Shown: positions 44,101 through 60,637 of the stretch, one piece after another
Numbering within the stretch: position 1 is the first letter of the stretch
How the letters are laid out: the number at the start of each line of letters is the position of its first letter
Translations under genes and position numbers: made by a program
Origin: Eledone cirrhosa
Taxonomy: Eukaryota
Assembly (NCBI GenBank): GCA_964016885.1
Contig: OZ024742.1
Span: 71,238,001 to 71,302,000, forward strand
Length of the DNA stretch: 64,000 nt
Reading direction: 5' to 3'
Notes under the pieces: generated by a model
What the model was told of the DNA's origin: nothing
What the model saw: the letters and a program-made list of their open reading frames with translations, nothing else
The model's database searches: none

Positions 44101-47100
44101 TCTACACAATCATCACATAACAAACTACACACAATACATACCCTACACAATCATCACATAACACACTACACACAATACATACTCTACACAATCATCACAT
44201 AACACACTACACACAATACATACTCTACACAATTATCACATAACACACTACACACAATACATACCCTACACAATCATCACATAACACACTACACACAATA
44301 CATACTCTACACAATTATCACATAACACACTACACACAATACATACCCTACACAATCATCACATAACACACTACACACAATACATACTCTACACAATTAT
44401 CACATAACACACTACACACAATACATACCCTACACAATTATCACATAACACACTACACACAATACATACCCTACACAATCATCACATAACACACTACACA
44501 CAATACATACCCTACACAATTATCACATAACACACTACACACAATACATACCCTACACAATCATCACATAACACACTACACACAATACATACCCTACACA
44601 ATTATCACATAACACACTACACATAATACATACCCTACACAATTATCACATAACACACTACACACAATACATACTCTACACAATTATCACATAACACACT
44701 ACACACAATACATACCCTACACAATCATCACATAACACACTACACACAATACATACTCTACACAATTATCACATAACACACTACACACAATACATACCCT
44801 ACACAATTATCACATAACACACTACACACAATACATACCCTACACAATTATTACATAACACACTACACACAATACATACCCTACACAATTATAACATAAC
44901 ACACTACACACAATACATACTCTACACAATTATCACATAACACACTACACACAATACATACCCTACACAATTATCACATAACACACTACACACAATACAT
45001 ACCCTACACAATCATCACATAACACACTACACACAATACATACCCTACACAATCATCACATAACACACTACACACAATACATACCCTACACAATTATCAC
45101 ATAACACACTACACACAATACATACCCTACACAATTATCACATAACACACTACACACAATACATACTCTACACAATTATCACATAACACACTACACACAA
45201 TACATACCCTACACAATTATCACATAACACACTACACACAATACATACCCTACACAATCATCACATAACACACTACACACAATACATACCCTACACAATC
45301 ATCACATAACACACTACACACAATACATACCCTACACAATCATCACGTAACACACTGCACACAATACATACTCTACACAATTATCACATAACACGCTACA
45401 CACAATACGTACTCTACACAATCATCACATGACACACTACACACAATACATACTCTACACAATTATCACATAACACACTACACACAATACATACCCTACA
45501 CAATCATCACATAACACACTACAGACAATACATACTCTACACAATTATCACATAACACACTACACACAATACATACCCTACACAATCATCACATAACACA
45601 CTACACACAATTATCACATAACACACTACACACAATACATACTCTACACAATTATCACATAACACACTACACACAATACATACTCTACACAATTATAACA
45701 TAACACACTACACACAATACATACTCTACACAATTATCACATAACACACTACACACAATACATACCCTACACAATTATCACATAACACACTACACACAAT
45801 ACATACCCTACACAATCATCACATAACACACTACACACAATACATACTCTACACAATTATCACATAACACACTACACACAATACATACCCTACACAATTA
45901 TCACATAACACACTACACACAATACATACCCTACACAATTATTACATAACACACTACACACAATACATACTCTACACAATTATCACATAACACACTACAC
46001 ACAATACATACCCTACACAATTAGCACATAACACACTACACACAATACATACCCTACACAATCATCACATAACACACTACACACAATACATACCCTACAC
46101 AATCATCACATAACACACTACACACAATACATACCCTACACAATCATCACGTAACACACTGCACACAATACATACTCTACACAATTATCACATAACACAC
46201 TACACATAATACATACCCTACACAATTATCACATAACACACTACACACAATACATACTCTACACAATTATCACATAACACACTACACACAATACATACTC
46301 TACACAATTATCACATAACACACTACACACAATACATACTCTACACAATTATCACATAACACACTACACACAATACATACCCTACACAATTATCACATAA
46401 CACACTACACACAATACATACCCTACACAATTATCACATAACACACTACACACAATACATACCCTACACAATCATCACATAACACACTACACACAATACA
46501 TACCCTACACAATCATCACATAACATACTACACACAATACATACCCTACACAATCATCACGTAACACACTACACACAATACATACCCTACACAATCATCA
46601 CATAACACGCTACACACAATACGTACTCTACACAATCATCACATGACACACTACACACAATACATACTCTACACAATTATCACATAACACACTACACACA
46701 ATACATACCCTACACAATCATCACATAACACACTACACACAATACATACTCTACACAATTATCACATAACACACTACACACAATACATACCCTACACAAT
46801 TATCACATAACACACTACACACAATACATACCCTACACAATCATCACATAACACACTACACAATACATACCCTACACAATTATCACATAACACACTACAC
46901 ACAATACATACCCTACACAATCATCACATAACACACTACACACAATACATACCCTACACAATTATCACATAACACACTACACATAATACATACCCTACAC
47001 AATTATCACATAACACACTACACACAATACATACTCTACACAATTATCACATAACACACTACACACAATACATACCCTACACAATCATCACATAACACAC

Positions 47101-50100
47101 TACACACAATACATACTCTACACAATTATCACATAACACACTACACACAATACATACCCTACACAATTATCACATAACACACTACACACAATACATACCC
47201 TACACAATTATCACATAACACACTACACACAATACATACCCTACACAATTATAACATAACACACTACACACAATACATACTCTACACAATTATCACATAA
47301 CACACTACACACAATACATACCCTACACAATTATCACATAACACACTACACACTATACATACCCTACACAATCATCACATAACACACTACACACAATACA
47401 TACCCTACACAATCATCACATGACACACTACACACAATACATACCCTACACAATCATCACATAACACACTACACACAATTATCACATAACACACTACACA
47501 CAATACATACTCTACGCAATTATCACATAACACACTACACACAATACATACCCTACACAATTATCACATAACACACTACACACAATACATACCCTACACA
47601 ATCATCACATAACACACTACACACAATTATCACATAACACACTACACACAATACATACTCTACACAATTATCACGTAACACACTACACACAATACATACT
47701 CTACACAATTATCACATAACACACTACACACAATACATACCCTACACAATCATCACATAACACACTACACACAATTATCACATAACACACTACACACAAT
47801 ACATACTCTACACAATTATCACATAACACACTACACACAATACATACTCTACACAATTATCACATAACACACTACACACAATACATACTCTACACAATTA
47901 TCACATAACACACTACACACAATACATACTCTACACAATTATCACATAACTCACTACACACAATACATACTCTACACAATTATCACATAACACACTACAC
48001 ACAATACATACTCTACACAATTATCACATAACACACTACACACAATACATACTCTACACAATTATCACATAACACACTACACACAATACATACCCTACAC
48101 AATCATCACATAACACACTACACACAATTATCACATAACACACTACACACAATACATACTCTACACAATTATCACATAACACACTACACACAATACATAC
48201 CCTACACAATTATCACATAACACACTACACACAATACATACCCTACACAATTATCACATAACACACTACACACAATACATACCCTACACAATTATCACAT
48301 AACACACTACACACAATACATACCCTACACAATCATCACATAACACACTACACACAATACATACCCTACACAATCATCACATAACACACTACACACAATA
48401 CATACCCTACACAATCATCATGTAGCACACTACACACAATACATACTCTACACAATTATCACATAACACACTACACACAATACATACCCTACACAATTAT
48501 CACATAACACACTACACACAATACATACCCTACACAATTATCACATAACACACTACACACAATACATACCCTACACAATCATCACATAACACACTACACA
48601 CAATACATACTCTACACAATTATCACATAACACACTACACACAATACATACTCTACACAATTATCACATAACACACTACACACAATACATACTCTACACA
48701 ATTATCACATAACACACTACACACAATACATACCCTACACAATCATCACGTAACACACTACACACAATACATACCCTACACAATTATCACATAACACACT
48801 ACACACAATACATACTCTACACAATTATCACATAACACACTACACACAATACATACCCTACACAATCATCACATAACACACTACACACAATACATACCCT
48901 ACACAATTATCACATAACACACTACACACAATACATACCCTACACAATTATAACATAACACACTACACACAATACATACTCTACACAATTATCACATAAC
49001 ACACTACACACAATACATACCCTACACAATTATCACATAACACACTACACACTATACATACCCTACACAATCATCACATAACACACTACACACAATACAT
49101 ACCCTACACAATCATCACATGACACACTACACACAATACATACCCTACACAATCATCACATAACACACTACACACAATTATCACATAACACACTACACAC
49201 AATACATACTCTACGCAATTATCACATAACACACTACACACAATACATACCCTACACAATTACAACATAACACACTACACACAATACATACCCTACACAA
49301 TCATCACATAACACACTACACACAATTATCACATAACACACTACACACAATACATACTCTACACAATTATCACGTAACACACTACACACAATACATACTC
49401 TACACAATTATCACATAACACACTACACACAATACATACCCTACACAATCATCACATAACACACTACACACAATTATCACATAACACACTACACACAATA
49501 CATACTCTACACAATTATCACATAACACACTACACACAATACATACTCTACACAATTATCACATAACACACTACACACAATACATACTCTACACAATTAT
49601 CACATAACACACTACACACAATACATACTCTACACAATTATCACATAACTCACTACACACAATACATACTCTACACAATTATCACATAACACACTACACA
49701 CAATACATACTCTACACAATTATCACATAACACACTACACACAATACATACTCTACACAATTATCACATAACACACTACACACAATACATACCCTACACA
49801 ATCATCACATAACACACTACACACAATTATCACATAACACACTACACACAATACATACTCTACACAATTATCACATAACACACTACACACAATACATACC
49901 CTACACAATTATCACATAACACACTACACACAATACATACCCTACACAATTATCACATAACACACTACACACAATACATACCCTACACAATTATCACATA
50001 ACACACTACACACAATACATACCCTACACAATCATCACATAACACACTACACACAATACATACCCTACACAATCATCACATAACACACTACACACAATAC

Positions 50101-53100
50101 ATACCCTACACAATCATCATGTAACACACTACACACAATACATACTCTACACAATTATCACATAACACACTACACACAATACATACTCTACACAATTATC
50201 ACATAACACACTACACACAATACATACCCTACACAATTATCACATAACACACTACACACAATACATACCCTACACAATTTTCACATAACACACTACACAC
50301 AATACATACCCTACACAATCATCACATAACACACTACACACAATACATACTCTACACAATTATCACATAACACACTACACACAATACATACTCTACACAA
50401 TTATCACATAACACACTACACACAATACATACTCTACACAATTATCACATAACACACTACACACAATACATACCCTACACAATCATCACGTAACACACTA
50501 CACACAATACATACCCTACACAATTATCACATAACACACTACACACAATACATACTCTACACAATTATCACATAACACACTACACACAATACATACCCTA
50601 CACAATCATCACATAACACACTACACACAATACATACCCTACACAATTATCACATAACACACTACACACAATACATACCCTACACAATCATCACGTAACA
50701 CACTACACACAATACATACTCTACACAATCATCACATAACACACTACACACAATACATACTCTACACAATTATCACGTAACACACTACACACAATACATA
50801 CTCTACACAATCATCACATAACAAACTACACACAATACATACCCTACACAATCATCACATAACACACTACACACAATACATACTCTACACAATCATCACA
50901 TAACACACTACACACAATACATACTCTACACAATTATCACATAACACACTACACACAATACATACCCTACACAATCATCACATAACACACTACACACAAT
51001 ACATACTCTACACAATTATCACATAACACACTACACACAATACATACCCTACACAATCATCACATAACACACTACACACAATACATACTCTACACAATTA
51101 TCACATAACACACTACACACAATACATACCCTACACAATTATCACATAACACACTACACACAATACATACCCTACACAATCATCACATAACACACTACAC
51201 ACAATACATACCCTACACAATTATCACATAACACACTACACACAATACATACCCTACACAATCATCACATAACACACTACACACAATACATACCCTACAC
51301 AATTATCACATAACACACTACACATAATACATACCCTACACAATTATCACATAACACACTACACACAATACATACTCTACACAATTATCACATAACACAC
51401 TACACACAATACATACCCTACACAATCATCACATAACACACTACACACAATACATACTCTACACAATTATCACATAACACAGTACACACAATACATACCC
51501 TACACAATTATCACATAACACACTACACACAATACATACCCTACACAATTATTACATAACACACTACACACAATACATACCCTACACAATTATAACATAA
51601 CACACTACACACAATACATACTCTACACAATTATCACATAACACACTACACACAATACATACGCTACACAATTATCACATAACACACTACACACAATACA
51701 TACCCTACACAATCATCACATAACACACTACACACAATACATACCCTACACAATCATCACATAACACACTACACACAATACATACCCTACACAATTATCA
51801 CATAACACACTACACACAATACATACCCTACACAATTATCACATAACACACTACACACAATACATACTCTACACAATTATCACATAACACACTACACACA
51901 ATACATACCCTACACAATTATCACATAACACACTACACACAATACATACCCTACACAATCATCACATAACACACTACACACAATACATACCCTACACAAT
52001 CATCACGTAACACACTGCACACAATACATACTCTACACAATTATCACATAACACGCTACACACAATACGTACTCTACACAATCATCACATGACACACTAC
52101 ACACAATACATACTCTACACAATTATCACATAACACACTACACACAATACATACCCTACACAATCATCACATAACACACTACAGACAATACATACTCTAC
52201 ACAATTATCACATAACACACTACACACAATACATACCCTACACAATCATCACATAACACACTACACACAATTATCACATAACACACTACACACAATACAT
52301 ACTCTACACAATTATCACATAACACACTACACACAATACATACTCTACACAATTATCACATAACACACTACACACAATACATACTCTACACAATTATCAC
52401 ATAACACACTACACACAATACATACCCTACACAATCATCACATAACACACTACACACAATTATCACATAACACACTACACACAATACATACTCTACACAA
52501 TTATCACATAACACACTACACACAATACATACCCTACACAATTATCACATAACACACTACACACAATACATACCCTACACAATCATCACATAACACACTA
52601 CACACAATACATACTCTACACAATTATCACATAACACACTACACACAATACATACCCTACACAATTATCACATAACACACTACACACAATACATACCCTA
52701 CACAATCATCACATAACACACTACACACAATTATCACATAACACACTACACACAATACATACTCTACACAATTATCACATAACACACTACACACAATACA
52801 TACTCTACACAATTATCACATGACACACTACACACAATACATACCCTACACAATCATCACATAACACACTACACACAATTATCACATAACACACTACACA
52901 CAATACATACCCTACACAATTATCACATAACACACTACACACAATACATACCCTACACAATTATCACATAACACACTACACACAATACATACCCTACACA
53001 ATTATAACATAACACACTACACACAATACATACTCTACACAATTATCACATAACACACTACACACAATACATACCCTACACAATTATCACATAACACACT

Positions 53101-56100
53101 ACACACAATACATACCTTACACAATCATCACATAACACACTACACACAATACATACCCTACACAATCATCACATAACACACTACACACAATACATACCCT
53201 ACACAATTATCACATAACACACTACACACAATACATACCCTACACATTTATCACATAACACACTACACACAATACATACTCTACACAATTATCACATAAC
53301 ACACTACACACAATACATACCCTACACAATCATCACATAACACACTACACACAATACATACCCTACACAATCATCACATAACACACTACACACAATACAT
53401 ACTCTACACAATTATCACATAACACGCTACACACAATACGTACTCTACACAATCATCACATGACACACTACACACAATACATACTCTACACAATTATCAC
53501 ATAACACACTACACACAATACATACCCTACACAATCATCACATAACACACTACAGACAATACATACTCTACACAATTATCACATAACACACTACACACAA
53601 TACATACCCTACACAATCATCACATAACACACTACACACAATTATCACATAACACACTACACACAATACATACTCTACAGAATTATCACATAACACACTA
53701 CACACAATACATACTCTACACAATTATCACATAACACACTACACACAATACATACTCTACACAATTATCACATAACACACTACACACAATACATACCCTA
53801 CACAATCATCACATAACACACTACACACAATTATCACATAACACACTACACACAATACATACTCTACACAATTATCACATAACACACTACACACAATACA
53901 TACCCTACACAATTATCACATAACACACTACACACAATACATACCCTACACAATCATCACATAACACACTACACACAATACATACTCTACACAATTATCA
54001 CATAACACACTACACACAATACATACTCTACACAATTATCACATAACACACTACACACAATACATACTCTACACAATTATCACATAACACACTACACACA
54101 ATACATACTCTACACAATTATCACATAACACACTACACACAATACATACTCTACACAATTATCACATAACACACTACACACAATACATACTCTACACAAT
54201 TATCACATAACACACTACACACAATACATACTCTACACAATTATCACATAACACACTACACACAATACATACCCTACACAATCATCACATAACACACTAC
54301 ACACAATTATCACATAACACACTACACACAATACATACTCTACACAATTATCACATAACACACTACACACAATACATACCCTACACAATTATCACATAAC
54401 ACACTACACACAATACATACCCTACACAATTATCACATAACACACTACACACAATACATACCCTACACAATCATCACATAACACACTACACACAATACAT
54501 ACCCTACACAATCATCACGTAACACACTACACACAATACATACTCTACACAATTATCACATAACACACTACACACAATACATACTCTACACAATTATCAC
54601 ATAACACACTACACACAATACATACCCTACACAATTATCACATAACACACTACACACAATACATACCCTACACAATTATCACATAACACACTACACACAA
54701 TACATACCCTACACAATCATCACATAACACACTACACACAATACATACTCTACACAATTATCACATAACACACTACACACAATACATACTCTACACAATT
54801 ATCACATAACACACTACACACAATACATACTCTACACAATTATCACATAACACACTACACACAATACATACCCTACACAATCATCACGTAACACACTACA
54901 CACAATACATACCCTACACAATTATCACATAACACACTACACACAATACATACTCTACACAATTATCACATAACACACTACACACAATACATACCCTACA
55001 CAATCATCACATAACACACTACACACAATACATACCCTACACAATTATCACATAACACACTACACACAATACATACCCTACACAATCATCACGTAACACA
55101 CTACACACAATACATACTCTACACAATCATCACATAACACACTACACACAATACATACTCTACACAATTATCACGTAACACACTACACACAATACATACT
55201 CTACACAATCATCACATAACAAACTACACACAATACATACCCTACACAATCATCACATAACACACTACACACAATACATACTCTACACAATCATCACATA
55301 ACACACTACACACAATACATACTCTACACAATTATCACATAACACACTACACATAATACATACTCTACACAATTATCACGTAACACACTACACACAATAC
55401 ATACTCTACACAATCATCACATAACACACTACACACAATACATACTCTACACAATCATCACATAACACACTACACACAATACATACTCTACACAATTATC
55501 ACATAACACACTACACATAATACATACTCTACACAATTATCACGTAACACACTACACACAATACATACTCTACACAATCATCACATAACACACTACACAC
55601 AATACATACTCTACACAATCATCACATAACACACTACACACAATACATACTCTACACAATTATCACATAACACACTACACACAATACATACCCTACACAA
55701 TCATCACATAACACACTACACACAATACATACCCTACACAATTATCACATAACACACTACACACAATATATACCCTACACAATCATCACATAACACACTA
55801 CACACAATACATACTCTACACAATCATCACATAACACACTACACACAATACATACTCTACACAATTATCACATAACACACTATACATAATACATACTCTA
55901 CACAATTATCACGTAACACACTACACACAATACATACCCTACACAATTATCACATAACACACTACACACAATACATACTCTACACAATCATCACATAACA
56001 CACTACACACAATACATACTCTACACAATTATCACATAACACACTACACACAATACATACCCTACACAATCATCACATAACACACTACACACAATACATA

Positions 56101-58741
56101 CCCTACACAATTATCACATAACACACTACACACAATATATACCCTACACAATCATCACATAACACACTACACACAATACATACTCTACACAATCATCACA
56201 TAACACACTACACACAATACATACTCTACACAATTATCACATAACACACTACACACAATACATACCCTACACAATCATCACATAACACACTACACACAAT
56301 ACATACTCTACACAATCATCACATAACACACTACACACAATACATACTCTACACAATCATCACGTAACACACTACACACAATACATACCCTACACAATTA
56401 TCACATAACACACTACACACAATACATACTCTACACAATTATCACATAACACACTACACACAATACATACCCTACACAATTATCACATAACACACTACAC
56501 ACAATACATACTCTACACAATTATCACATAACACACTACACACAATACATACTCTACACAATTATCACATAACACACTACACACAATACATACTCTACAC
56601 AATTGTCACATAACACACTACACACAATACATACTCTACACAATTATCACATAACACACTACACACAATACATACCCTACACAATCATCACATAACACAC
56701 TACACACAATACATACCCTACACAATTATCACATAACACACTACACACAATACATACCCTACACAATTATCACATAACACACTACACACAATACATACCC
56801 TACACAATCATCACATAACACACTACACACAATACATACCCTACACAATTATCACATAACACACTACACACAATACATACCCTACACAATCATCACATAA
56901 CACACTACACACAATACATACCCTACACAATTATCACATAACACACTACACACAATACATGCTCTACACAATCATCACATAACACACTACACACAATACA
57001 TACTCTACACAATTATCACATAACACACTACACACAATACATACCCTACACAATTATCACATAACACACTACACACAATACATACTCTACACAATCATCA
57101 CATAACACACTACACACAATACATACTCTACACAATTATCACATAACACACTACACACAATACATACCCTACACAATTATCACATAACACACTACACACA
57201 ATACATACTCTACACAATTATCACATAACACACTACACACAATACATACCCTACACAATCATCACATAACACACTACACACAATACATGCCCTACACAAT
57301 CATCACATAACACACTACACACAATACATACCCTACACAATCATCACATAACACACTACACACAATACATACCCTACACAATCATCACATAACACACTAC
57401 ACACAATACATACTCTACACAATCATCACATAACACACTACACACAATACATACTCTACACAATCATCACGTAACACACTACACACAATACATACCCTAC
57501 ACAATTATCACATAACACACTACACACAATACATACCCTACACAATCATCACATAACACACTACACACAATACATACCCTACACAATCATTACATAACAC
57601 ACTACACACAATACATGCCCTACACAATCATCACATAACACACTACACACAATACATACCCTACACAATCATCACATAACACACTACACACAATACATAC
57701 CCTACACAATCATCACATAACACACTACACACATTACATACTCTACACAATCATCACATAACACACTACACACAATACATACCCTACACAATCATCACAT
57801 AACACACTACACACAATACATACTCTACACAATCATCACATAACACACTACACACAATACATACTCTACACAATCATCACGTAACACACTACACACAATA
57901 CATACCCTACACAATCATCACATAACACACTACACACAATACATGCCCTACACAATCATCACATAACACACTACACACAATACATACCCTACACAATCAT
58001 CACATAACACACTACACACAATACATACCCTACACAATCATCACATAACACACTACACACAATACATACTCTACACAATTATCACATAACACACTACACA
58101 CAATACATACCCTACACAATCATCACATAACACACTACACACAATACATACCCTACACAATCATCACATAACACACTACACACAATACATACCCTACACA
58201 ATCATCACATAACACACTACACACAATACATGCCCTACACAATCATCACATAACACACTACACACAATACATACTCTACACAATCATCACATAACACACT
58301 ACACACAATACATGCCCTACACAATCATCACATAACACACTACACATAATACATACTCTACACAATCATCACATAACACACTACACACAATACATACTCT
58401 ACACAATCATCACATAATACACTACACACAATACATACTCTACACAATTATCACATAACACACTACACACAATACATACTCTACACAATTATCACGTAAC
58501 ACACTACACACAATACATACCCTACACAATCATCACATAACACACTACACACAATACATACCCTACACAATCATCACATAACACACTACACACAATACAT
58601 ACTCTACACAATCATCACATAACACACTACACACAATACATACTCTACACAATTATCACATAACACACTACACACAATACATACTCTACACAATTATCAC
58701 GTAACACACTACACACAATACATACTCTACACAATCATCAC
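35145..58741. repeat. 41-bp tandem satellite (~580 monomers), + strand almost G-free
   Basis: Consensus AACACACTACACACAATACATAC[T/C]CTACACAAT[T/C]ATCACAT, with a recurrent 25-bp deletion monomer AACACACTACACACAATTATCACAT. The 41+25=66-bp alternation generates the 22-aa Cys/Val repeat ORFs. Confidence 0.98.
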
Positions 58742-58763
58742 CTGAGAAAATAAAACAATTAAC
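58742..58763 (-). promoter_or_regulatory. Canonical 3' splice-site-like signal at the satellite boundary
   Basis: The minus strand reads GTTAATTGTTTTATTTTCTCAG|GTGATGATTGTGTAGAGTATGT: branch-like TTAAT, T-rich tract, CAG|G. Confidence 0.45.
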
Positions 58764-58770
58764 AAAGCAA

Positions 58771-58998
58771 CTCCACTACCTCCAGCACCAGCACCACTGT
58801 CTTCACCACCATCACTAGCACCACAACTACCTTACTACCACCACAACCACGATCACCGCCGCTGCCACCGCCACTGCCACCACCACCACCACTACTACCA
58901 TCACTAGCACCATACTACCCCACTACCACCACAACCACCATCACCAGTACCACCACCTCCACCACCACCACCACCACCAATACCACAACAACAACATC
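58771..58998. repeat. (CAC/ACC/CAA)n compound microsatellite
   Basis: Degenerate ACC/ACT/AGC triplets ending in ACAACAACA. Confidence 0.9.
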
Positions 58999-59114
58999 AA
59001 TTCAAGAATGTCTGTATTTCACAGTTGTGTGTTCAATCAGTCTCTCCCAATAGTTACTCACTCACTCCATTCAATTCTATCCAAACACTGATTATACAGT
59101 GACTATATTAGCAT

Positions 59115-59128
59115 GTTGCCTTAGCAAC
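59115..59128. promoter_or_regulatory. RFX X-box motif
   Basis: GTTGCCTTAGCAAC fits the 14-bp X-box consensus GTNRCC-N2-RGYAAC and lies in non-repetitive sequence. Confidence 0.5.
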
Positions 59129-59489
59129 AATCACTACTGCCCCACCCTCCCAGTACCCACCCAGCAAAACAATTTTCTCTCCCAAGTCAATCTAGTGAAG
59201 CGAGAGATACAAAGATCTAAGTTTTAATACAAAAATAATCAAATGGTACACAAAGTTGCTTTTCGGAATCTAACCCTCCCCCACCTCTTCTATTACTCGC
59301 TCTCCCTCTTCCTGGCTTCTTTCAGGCAGCATTAATGTTGAGTATCAGCAGATTTGATGAAGCTTCGTTGTTTTTTAAACAATTCATGCTACTCCGTAAT
59401 TTGTTTGATTCAACTTTATAGTGCGTTTCATTCCAAATCTATAAATTGCACCACTGCTAAGGTTTTGTTTTTATTAATCTGTTAGTCAT

Positions 59490-59730
59490 GAGGAAGGACG
59501 TCGGCCATGGTTCTTTTCAGGGTCTCCAAGACTGTGGGATGGGAGGGAGAGAGTTAAGCATCCTCAAACTGGAGACCTCACTTGAATGCTTGCAACAGAG
59601 TAATCTCTACTAAAAGCGCCCAAGAGCCAGGTTGTGGTGTTAAACCAGGCATGTAGACTGCAGTGGGATTTCAACTCAGAATGTTGGAACAATTATGGCA
59701 AGAAGATTACTCTAACAATCAGACATATAC
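59490..59730 (-). mobile_element. Probable tRNA-derived SINE (degenerate)
   Basis: Minus strand: A-box-like TGTCTGATTGTTAGAG, B-box-like GAGTTGAAATCC, then a GC-richer body with an internal inverted repeat. Confidence 0.45.
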
Positions 59731-59804
59731 TGGATTGGACTCAATGTACTGTAGCCCACTCTGAGCAAGGTATGGCCAAGTGCCATACCTATGAATTTAT
59801 TTAA

Positions 59805-60028
59805 CTCTTTAGCATTTAAACCAGTCCTATCTGGCCAGAATTCTCTCACCTCTTCCTGTTCAAACCAGCTGTAACTGGCTGCTCATAATTATGTTAAGGG
59901 ATTGTTCTCAAAATAATAATATCAAAATCTCATAGATTCAATATCATGTGAGAGATAATTATGTGAGATGAAGTGTTTTTACCGTGAAAATACAATAGTA
60001 TATATAGAGTAATGTAAATGGTAAAGGG
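59805..60028. mobile_element. piggyBac-like MITE
   Basis: TTAA at 59801-59804 and 60029-60032; TIRs CTCTTTAGCATTTA and TAAATGGTAAAGGG (12/14 complementary). Confidence 0.75.
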
Positions 60029-60043
60029 TTAATAATAGTAATA

Positions 60044-60628
60044 TTGCAATCTTCTAAAGCACATTGTTATTGCTATGTTCACTCCAGACATTACATGACT
60101 ACATGAAACATGTTACCATGTTGTTATTGTTATATTCACTCCAGACATCAGATGGCTACATGAAATAAGTAAACTTCACTTCAGACATTATTGGCTACAT
60201 GAAACATGTTATTACATTGTTATTGTTATATTCACTCCAGATATCATATGGCTACATGTCATCATGTTGTTATTGTTATCTTTTCTCCATACATCACATG
60301 GCTACAGTTGTTAATGCTATATTAACTTCAGATATCACATGGCTACATTAAATAAGTTATTTTCACTCCAGACATCCCATGACTACATGAAACAAGTTAT
60401 CTTCACTTCAGACATCATATGGCTGCATGAAACATGTTACCATGTTGTTATTGCTATCTTTTCTCCAGATATCATATGGTTACATGAAACATGTTACTAC
60501 ATTGTTATTGCTATATTCACTCCAGACATCATATGGCTACATGAAATAAGTTATCTTCACTCCAGACATCACATGGCTACAAGTTATCTTCACTTCAGAT
60601 ATCATATGGCTACATGAAACTTGTTATT
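60044..60628. repeat. Minisatellite with a variable ~33-57-bp unit
   Basis: About 12 copies of the core TTCACTCCAGACATCAYATGGCTACATG with linkers AAACATGTTACCATGTTGTTATTGCTATA or AAATAAGTTATC (57-bp spacing 60064-60121). Confidence 0.9.
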
Positions 60629-60637
60629 ATGATATAA

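Noticed and set aside
1-58741. CRISPR-like regular repeats
   Set aside because: Monomers are head-to-tail with no unique spacers, there are no cas genes, and the context is eukaryotic.
35145-58741. Telomeric repeat array
   Set aside because: No TTAGGG/TTAGG units, and unique sequence lies on both sides.
59326-59421. + strand exon after CTTCTTTCAG (AALMLSISRFDEASLFFKQF..)
   Set aside because: Short, weak donor, no partner exons and no recognisable homology.
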